64,000 bases of DNA from Nematostella vectensis (taxonomy: Eukaryota), in NCBI RefSeq assembly GCF_932526225.1, contig NC_064039.1:6257459-6321458 (forward strand), read 5' to 3'. A program made the translations under genes and the position numbers. Under the pieces are notes generated by a model. It worked only from the letters and a program-made list of their open reading frames with translations. It ran no database searches and was not told where the DNA came from. Positions 57,964-64,000 of the stretch are shown in pieces; the first letter of the stretch is position 1, and each line of letters opens with the position of its first letter.

Positions 57964-60900
57964 CCGTGAGCGAAGGTGTGAATACCATCATCACAGATGA
58001 CCCGTTTATCATCCTCATGAGATAGAGCGACCTTGTTCACCGTTTCAGTGTAAACATCATGCTTATGACTTCTGATGACATTCATAAGTCTCATCTGAGG
58101 TTTCTTACCAAATAAGCAATCCTTGTAGTCATCGAAACCGATGCTCTTCTTGACGACTGCTCTCTTGACGCCCTTGCATTTCTTTTCTTCTTTACCTTCA
58201 TCCATCTTGTACGAGTAAAGTTTGGCCCTCAGTCCTACAAATTCTGTGATTTGCTGGCCCCCAGCCTCATCTTTAAACATTCCGATGACTTTCTTGTTCA
58301 CACCCACCTCAATACCAGATGGGTGACCCTTCGGAAAGTTGCTGGTGTCGAACATGGACCTCACATCCCCGCTGATGTCCTCGTAAAAGTCTTTCGTCTC
58401 GATCTCATACATCAGGCTGTCAGTATCAGTGAATAAGAGCTTTGCATCCTCACCGTACTTAGGCTTGACGAAGTTGTAGTGGAAATCGTACATGAGCGTC
58501 TTACTCAGGTCCAGAATGGACATACCCAAGTAGACAGGCTTGTTGAAGATCAGCTTTGTCTTCTTCATGTGGATGGCGGCTAGATTCTCGCAAAAGATGG
58601 TGCGATGTTGATAGTTCGGCTTTGATATGAGCTTCTTGGCCTGCTTCTCGTCCGTCACCAACCGAATGTCCACCCTGTTCCTAATGTTCTCCATAGTCTT
58701 ACCAAAGACGGAGTTGTTCATTAACTTGAAAAAATCTTTCTCAAAATCGTTTGTCGCCTTGGCTCTCAGATCGGTGTTCAAGTCAATGTAGGGCTCCAGC
58801 CAAGCAGACTCCTCAAAAGTGACACCCCTGTGAATCTTGGTGACTTTTAGCCCAAAACTCACATAAAGTCTCAGAGTCTCATGGTGGATAACGTACTTTG
58901 TCTTGTCGTTAAGGTTGGGGACCAACTTGTCCACATTGCCTAGCCCGATAGATTCCGGGGCTAGTGGGTAATCGTTGTGTAAGTCATGTAGGTGGTGAGG
59001 GTACTCCAAGTCAACCTCCAGAATGCATGGGCGGTCTCTCCAACCTGACAGCTCTTGGTCACCCATCCACCTGAAACCGTGAGTCGGTAAAGGGTTGCTC
59101 ATCGCCCAGCCATACAAATTGTTAGCATCAAGGTAGGTGATATATTTTGTGGGTAGGTCAGGGTCATACTCCTTCATGTAAGGGTTATTTGCCTCCCCAT
59201 GTCTGTTGCTTATCATGGAGACACCCCCACGGATGCCCTTCTCAATCATGAGCAACATGTCATAGTCCGTTAGAAGCTCTAGCCTCACCTTGGTGGTCTT
59301 CAACGCTGCATCCCAAGCCAACCCTGGCGCTGTGTAGTACCAAGCGGGGTCCAGACCGTAATTCTTGAGACAAACGTCCCTAAAGTTCTCGAAAACGTCA
59401 GCTAAAAGCAACACATCCGACTCTAGGTACAGATTGTGGTAATCCCTCATGGTCCCCATCCCAAAGGCCTCCCACACTCTCCGCGCGTGCAGGTGATCCT
59501 CCTCCGATATGTCGGTGTCGTTGAGTTTGGAGTGGAACGCCTCTCTCTGTGGGAGCTGTGTTGCGTCGAGCTTGCTAAAGCCGTCGAACCAGTCGTAAGG
59601 GAAAACACCCTTCCTCAACAACAGCTGAAGCTCCTCCCCCTCATAGTACTCCGCCAGGTTTTTGAAGCACTCCCTTGACATATTACCCACTAGACTGTCG
59701 AGACTGGCCGACATAAACCTGAAACTGTCGATAAATCTGATATCACGTTTAACATCAATCTTGTTGCCCTCCTTGTTCGTGAAACTGTCGACTACAATCT
59801 GTTTTGTGAAAGAAATATACTTTTCCTCGTTATTAGGTATACAGTTTATTTTACCTTCCGATGTACCAAGGTTCTTGATAAATAGATGGCTGTCGTACCC
59901 AGACAGATTGTGAAAGATAACAGGAAAGAACTTTGGAATTTTGTGATCTAAGTTGCATGCGTTGTGAGCAGCACCTCTGTACTTCCCTGTAAGGTGGCAA
60001 TGGTCCAAAACCTTGTCTTCCCCTAATTCACCCTCACAGATGTGGCAGTGAGTGGCGTCGTTATAGGCGATTTTGTCCTTCGGAGTCATTTTCACCTTCT
60101 TAGGGAACCTGAACTTATCATAAATTTTCTTAATGTCTGACTCCAAAGACTCTACGAAAAGCTGTGGGATATCTTCGTCTGGAGATTCAGCTGTGTATCG
60201 TACAAGCTCGGATGGGGATATATCTCCGTCGAAACACTTGATGAGATAGCAGAAACCAGACGGTTTGTGTTTCTGGTATTGCTTAGTGAAGCTTTTACTC
60301 TCATCTGGGGAGCATGTGTCTATATTCTCTGTGAAGCTCTCAAAGTCGGCGTAGACAACAAAGGGGACACGCATTTTTCTGTTGTAGTTTTTGAATTTAA
60401 TGTGGGGTAGATTTCCATCCTTATCTATCTTAGGCATCTCTATTCCAACCGCTTCATGATTGCCGCAGCATTCAGAATGTTTTTCTAATGATTGTTTGCA
60501 CCGAAACGAGTTCAGACATCTACAGCATAAAAAACGAGTATGATGAAACTCATCAATTTGAGTAGATACTAATCTCATCATATTCTTTATCCAGCAGTAA
60601 TGATTCGTCTCATCATCCGAGATGAGAAGTAAGTTGATTGCATTATCTGGATCCTTCTCACTGATTCTCAATGGATATATTTTGGTTTCGTATCCAAACA
60701 CATTAACCGTATACTGGTTCTGTTTCTCGAACTTGTCAATCTGTTTTAGTGAGACGGGGAACTCTATCCCTGACCAGTCGAATTTCTCAGAGCTCTCTAT
60801 CATTTGTTTACTGAACCTTTGAGGATCTTTCTCCCTAGGATACACAGCAGAGGTTACTGCCCACTTGAAACATTCGTGATCATTCTCGTTCTTAACATTG

Positions 60901-61838
60901 ATGATCGCCTTCTTAGACGCTAGTTTCAGCGGCAGCGGAATATAGGAAGACCCAGAAAGCGGTTCAAAGGGATCTATGTTGATGTCAAAGTATTCCACTT
61001 GGTCAAACTGCCATCCGGAGCCTTGCTTCTGGAACAGCTCAACTAATCCGAGTAAATAATTTGTCATCGTATCGAACAAATCAGAGAGATCAGTCGACTC
61101 TGTCACAATCTCGGGCTTCTCTGTATGAAAATATCCCAGTTCTTCTTCGATCTGAGCTGTAGCCGGATCCTCTTTTATAAACCCGCAAGTAAAGATAAAC
61201 TTCACTTTGATAGGCTTTTTTTGTCGACTGATGAGCTCTAAGACTTTCGGTTTGATTCTGGCGATGAATGTCTTGGGGTCGTAACCTCTCTGCCCGGCTA
61301 TTCCGTGGGTTTTAAGATACCCCTTCAACGCCGTCTGTTGTTCCTTGGGTGTGAAGCGATCTTCCACCTCCTCGTGTAGACGCTTAATCCTCTCCTTCAG
61401 ACGTTCGACCCGTTTATCTGCAGCCTCTTTGACGGTCTTTTTGACGGGCTCGGGGACATAAGATAGTATCCAATCCGCAAACTTGTCTAACTCGCTCTTG
61501 ATCAAGTTGGCCGCCCTGTTTGCAAAATGCTTGAGTGATTGGACGCGGGAACTCCGTGGGGGTTGGGAGGGTTTTAGAATAGGGACATTAATCTCAGGTA
61601 TCGGGCCGTCGAGAATACTCTCCGACGTGTTGGACGGGGTAATGCGGGGTGGTCGTGGCAGCCCTTTGACAAGTTTGGGTAAAGGAACCCGTCGGGGTGG
61701 TGGTGGTGGTGACGTGCTGGTCAGCGCCCCGACGAGCTCGTCTCTCCGCATCCAGTAATATCTTGGGATACCCCGCTCCTTGGCGAGGGCTTTCAGATCT
61801 TTCACCTTCAGGTTCTCCATTTCTATCAAACCAGTCAT
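57912..61838 (-). CDS. protein-primed family B DNA polymerase (1308 aa) with N-terminal SAP motif, proline-rich linker, TPR1-like N-terminal region, exonuclease and polymerase domains
   Basis: Pol motifs YLDANNLYGWAMS (motif A), KLMNNSVFGKTMEN (motif B), LLFTDTDSLMYEI (motif C); SAP LKVKDLKALAKERGIPRYYWMRRDELVGAL. Confidence 0.95.
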   Translation of the reverse strand: MTGLIEMENLKVKDLKALAKERGIPRYYWMRRDELVGALTSTSPPPPPRRVPLPKLVKGLPRPPRITPSNTSESILDGPIPEINVPILKPSQPPRSSRVQSLKHFANRAANLIKSELDKFADWILSYVPEPVKKTVKEAADKRVERLKERIKRLHEEVEDRFTPKEQQTALKGYLKTHGIAGQRGYDPKTFIARIKPKVLELISRQKKPIKVKFIFTCGFIKEDPATAQIEEELGYFHTEKPEIVTESTDLSDLFDTMTNYLLGLVELFQKQGSGWQFDQVEYFDINIDPFEPLSGSSYIPLPLKLASKKAIINVKNENDHECFKWAVTSAVYPREKDPQRFSKQMIESSEKFDWSGIEFPVSLKQIDKFEKQNQYTVNVFGYETKIYPLRISEKDPDNAINLLLISDDETNHYCWIKNMMRLVSTQIDEFHHTRFLCCRCLNSFRCKQSLEKHSECCGNHEAVGIEMPKIDKDGNLPHIKFKNYNRKMRVPFVVYADFESFTENIDTCSPDESKSFTKQYQKHKPSGFCYLIKCFDGDISPSELVRYTAESPDEDIPQLFVESLESDIKKIYDKFRFPKKVKMTPKDKIAYNDATHCHICEGELGEDKVLDHCHLTGKYRGAAHNACNLDHKIPKFFPVIFHNLSGYDSHLFIKNLGTSEGKINCIPNNEEKYISFTKQIVVDSFTNKEGNKIDVKRDIRFIDSFRFMSASLDSLVGNMSRECFKNLAEYYEGEELQLLLRKGVFPYDWFDGFSKLDATQLPQREAFHSKLNDTDISEEDHLHARRVWEAFGMGTMRDYHNLYLESDVLLLADVFENFRDVCLKNYGLDPAWYYTAPGLAWDAALKTTKVRLELLTDYDMLLMIEKGIRGGVSMISNRHGEANNPYMKEYDPDLPTKYITYLDANNLYGWAMSNPLPTHGFRWMGDQELSGWRDRPCILEVDLEYPHHLHDLHNDYPLAPESIGLGNVDKLVPNLNDKTKYVIHHETLRLYVSFGLKVTKIHRGVTFEESAWLEPYIDLNTDLRAKATNDFEKDFFKLMNNSVFGKTMENIRNRVDIRLVTDEKQAKKLISKPNYQHRTIFCENLAAIHMKKTKLIFNKPVYLGMSILDLSKTLMYDFHYNFVKPKYGEDAKLLFTDTDSLMYEIETKDFYEDISGDVRSMFDTSNFPKGHPSGIEVGVNKKVIGMFKDEAGGQQITEFVGLRAKLYSYKMDEGKEEKKCKGVKRAVVKKSIGFDDYKDCLFGKKPQMRLMNVIRSHKHDVYTETVNKVALSHEDDKRVICDDGIHTFAHGHFRTLLGGGSVSSGTT

Positions 61839-62383
61839 GTCTTTAAACCACTTTTCAAAAGCTTTTTTAGATGTGAAGCTTAGAGGCTAGCCTCCCGAGC
61901 TCCCCCTAGGTGCGACACGTGACAAAGTGATTGACAGGTGGGCTTGACTATCACGTGACAAAGTGATTGACAGGTTCTTGACAAAATGATTGACAGGTTC
62001 TTGACAAAATGATTGACAGGTTTTTTACAAAGTGATTGACAGGTGGGCGTGGCTATCACATGACAAAGTGATTGACAGGTTTTTGACAAAGTGATTGACA
62101 GGTGGGCTTGGCCGTCACGTGACAAAGTGATTGACAGGTTTTTTACAAAGTGATTGACAGGTGGGCTTGGCTATCACGTGACAAAGTGATTGACAGGTGG
62201 GCTTGGCTATCACGTGACAAAATGATTGACAGGTGGGCTTGGTCGTGCGAGAGATCTCTGGCAAACTCGCGCATGCGCAGGTCGCGAGGCTTGGCGGAGG
62301 TGTGCGGAGACTTTTGCGCCACTTTTGGAATGAAATTTGGGGAGATCAAAAAGTTGCGCCAGCTGCGCCAAAACCCTACTACT
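61839..62383. repeat. right TIR (545 bp) with ~12 TGATTGACAG-containing subrepeats and 4-5 CACGTG boxes
   Basis: reverse complement of left TIR. Confidence 0.9.
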
Positions 62384-62479
62384 CCCTCAAGCATCTTAGA
62401 GAGCCCTCAAAAGAGAGACAAAAAAATAACACTTTGCAAATAAAAACAAATTCTAGGGTTGTTTAGAATAAGATTGATT

Positions 62480-62990
62480 TGGAATTTTATTAATAAATCC
62501 ATTAACATTTCCACTTTGCAAATATAAATAGAATAAAGTAGAGGAAAGAATGCGGACCTATTTATGGTAAGTAGTAGACACCGGATATCATTAATATACT
62601 CCGCATTCCTGAGTACCGAAGTGTAGTACTGTAGTACTGTACCCTGAGCACCAGAACCTCCATTAACATTTCCACTTTGCAAATATATATAGAATAGAGT
62701 AGAGGAAAGAATGCGGACCTATTTATGGTAAGTAGTAGACACCGGATATCATTAATATACTCCGCATTCCTGAGTACCGAAGTGTAGTACTGTAGTACTG
62801 TACCCTGGGCACCAGAACCTCCATTAACATTTCCACTTTGCAAATATATAGAATAGAGTAGAGGAAAGAATGCGGACCTATTAATGGTAAGTAGTAGACA
62901 CCGGATATCATTAATATACTCCGCTTTCCTGAGTACCGAAGGGTAATACTGTTCCCCTGGTACCAGACCCTCCACACTTCTCTCGTCCAG
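62480..62990. repeat. ~180-bp satellite x ~2.8, each unit containing an internal 8-10-bp inverted repeat (GAATGCGGA…TCCGCATTC); a diverged partial unit lies at 63150-63230
   Basis: direct tandem repetition. Confidence 0.8.
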
Positions 62991-63104
62991 TCACGGGCTG
63001 TAGGATAATTTGACTCCGAAATAAAGTCTAATGTCTTGTTAGTGTTGAATAAGCACGTATTCCTACTTTGATGCTACCTGGTAATAAATGAGTAAATCGA
63101 CCAC

Positions 63105-63150
63105 CTCGACCCCCAGCGGCGCGTTTTTTCTCTTCCCCGCCGCTGGGGGT
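63105..63150. repeat. GC-rich 12-bp stem hairpin CCCCCAGCGGCG-cgttttttctcttcc-CGCCGCTGGGGG
   Basis: seen in sequence. Confidence 0.5.
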
Positions 63151-64000
63151 GGAGGTGGTACGAATGCGGAACTGTTTAAAACATAAATTAGACACACCAG
63201 CAAACATCATCAATAAGCTCCGCATTCTAAGGGGTATTGTTTTAAAATAATTTTTCTCGTATAGAGTGTATTTGCAAAAATCTAAAACACATAGTCCATT
63301 GTTTCGTCGCACAGCTCACATATTTTCCATAAATTCAATCCTTATTAGATAAAATTCCAAGCTTTGCGCAAACGGTAGCTATAACCCACGGTAAGCTGCT
63401 AGAAAACTCCAGGAAAGAACATTTTCTGCCTTATTATGCTCCAAAAAAAAGAACAGCCAAGCCTCAACTGAAAATAAGAAGTTCTTATAAAGTTGTCATT
63501 GATTGTACGCAAGCAGATAATATATATATTTTTTTAATTAAATGATATGTTATAGGAAAAGTAATTTTCCTCGTAAGTAATTAGTACATTTAGTTAGCAC
63601 TAATACACTATAATCTCTTATTTTTTATGCTTGCTTGAACACGACATTTGGAATATTACATTTTGTGTTCCACACCGGGTAATGAAAACGACCCTTCAAT
63701 AGAAACGATGGTGTAAAAATGTGCGCTTTTAATGATATCCTAAATTCGACCAAATTAACCTAGAGGAGGTGGGATTCATATAACAAGAAATATGTGCACG
63801 CTCAGAAGTTATTAGACTACCCTGTTTCCAGAGCCTCGAACGTCTCTTAGTGGGCAGCGCGGCAATAGGGGGGATGGGACCGCCTTTTATCTTCTCAGTA
63901 CATTATAAAACGCTCGCATTTGACCATAAAATAAAACTCAAAAAGCATGCGAGTAGATCGATGCTTTTTAGAATATTTTTCTAATAAAATGGCTCCAAGC

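Larger units (their letters stand above)
45749..62383. mobile_element. complete Polinton/Maverick (adintovirus-like) virus-like transposon, 16,635 bp, 5'-AG…CT-3' termini, long TIRs, 5-bp TSD CCCTC
   Basis: pPolB plus rve integrase plus packaging ATPase plus capsid gene block between near-identical inverted terminal repeats; TSD CCCTC at 45744-45748 and 62384-62388. Confidence 0.92.

Noticed and set aside
63105-63150. Rho-independent-terminator-like GC hairpin plus T-run
   Set aside because: Eukaryotic satellite context; recorded only as a hairpin repeat, not as a bacterial terminator.

Overview
The window is eukaryotic (probably invertebrate metazoan) nuclear DNA. It is intron-rich and packed with minisatellites and MITE-like foldbacks.

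Host genes recognised from the sequence:
- A secreted-protein gene of unknown family, + strand, ~258-1175.
- A SCUBE-like gene, + strand, with EGF, cbEGF, spacer, ephrin-receptor-like Cys-rich, CUB and terminal exons at ~4.9-9.9 kb. Its last four exons are tandemly duplicated at 11.9-15.4 kb.
- A three-exon ChaC-family gamma-glutamylcyclotransferase gene on the - strand, 15905-17058.
- An intronless UMP synthase gene (UMPS, OPRTase plus OMP decarboxylase), 17231-18664, head-to-head with the ChaC gene.
- A cyclin-J gene (CCNJ) on the - strand, 20.8-22.35 kb.
- A long multi-exon major vault protein gene (MVP) on the + strand, 22823 to at least 39229. Its introns carry at least seven different minisatellite arrays and several MITEs.

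Further downstream are a decayed LINE 3' fragment, long foldback hairpins and a 550-bp tandem repeat.

The main feature is a complete 16,635-bp Polinton/Maverick (adintovirus-like) element at 45749-62383, inserted into that 550-bp repeat.
- It has 5'-AG...CT-3' termini, a 5-bp CCCTC target-site duplication and 545-bp terminal inverted repeats that are identical over the outer ~150 bp.
- It encodes a protein-primed PolB with an N-terminal SAP domain, an rve integrase, an FtsK/A32-like packaging ATPase and a putative double-jelly-roll major capsid protein.
- It has no recognisable adenain-type protease.

Its non-canonical content is:
- a TFIIB-like transcription factor;
- an ankyrin-repeat protein;
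- a basic Cys-rich zinc-knuckle protein whose promoter and first 9 codons duplicate those of PolB;
- a block of eight unrecognised ORFs at 49.2-55.0 kb, six of them predicted membrane proteins, plus a TM mini-ORF in the left terminal inverted repeat;
- a TTTAAAGA-type promoter motif 18-27 nt upstream of essentially every element ORF;
- a dispersed 30-bp palindromic upstream element;
- arrays of about twelve TGATTGACAG (PBX/MEIS-type) sites interleaved with CACGTG E-boxes in the terminal inverted repeats.

This looks like a young, self-regulating virus-like transposon with its own transcription factor and promoter code.
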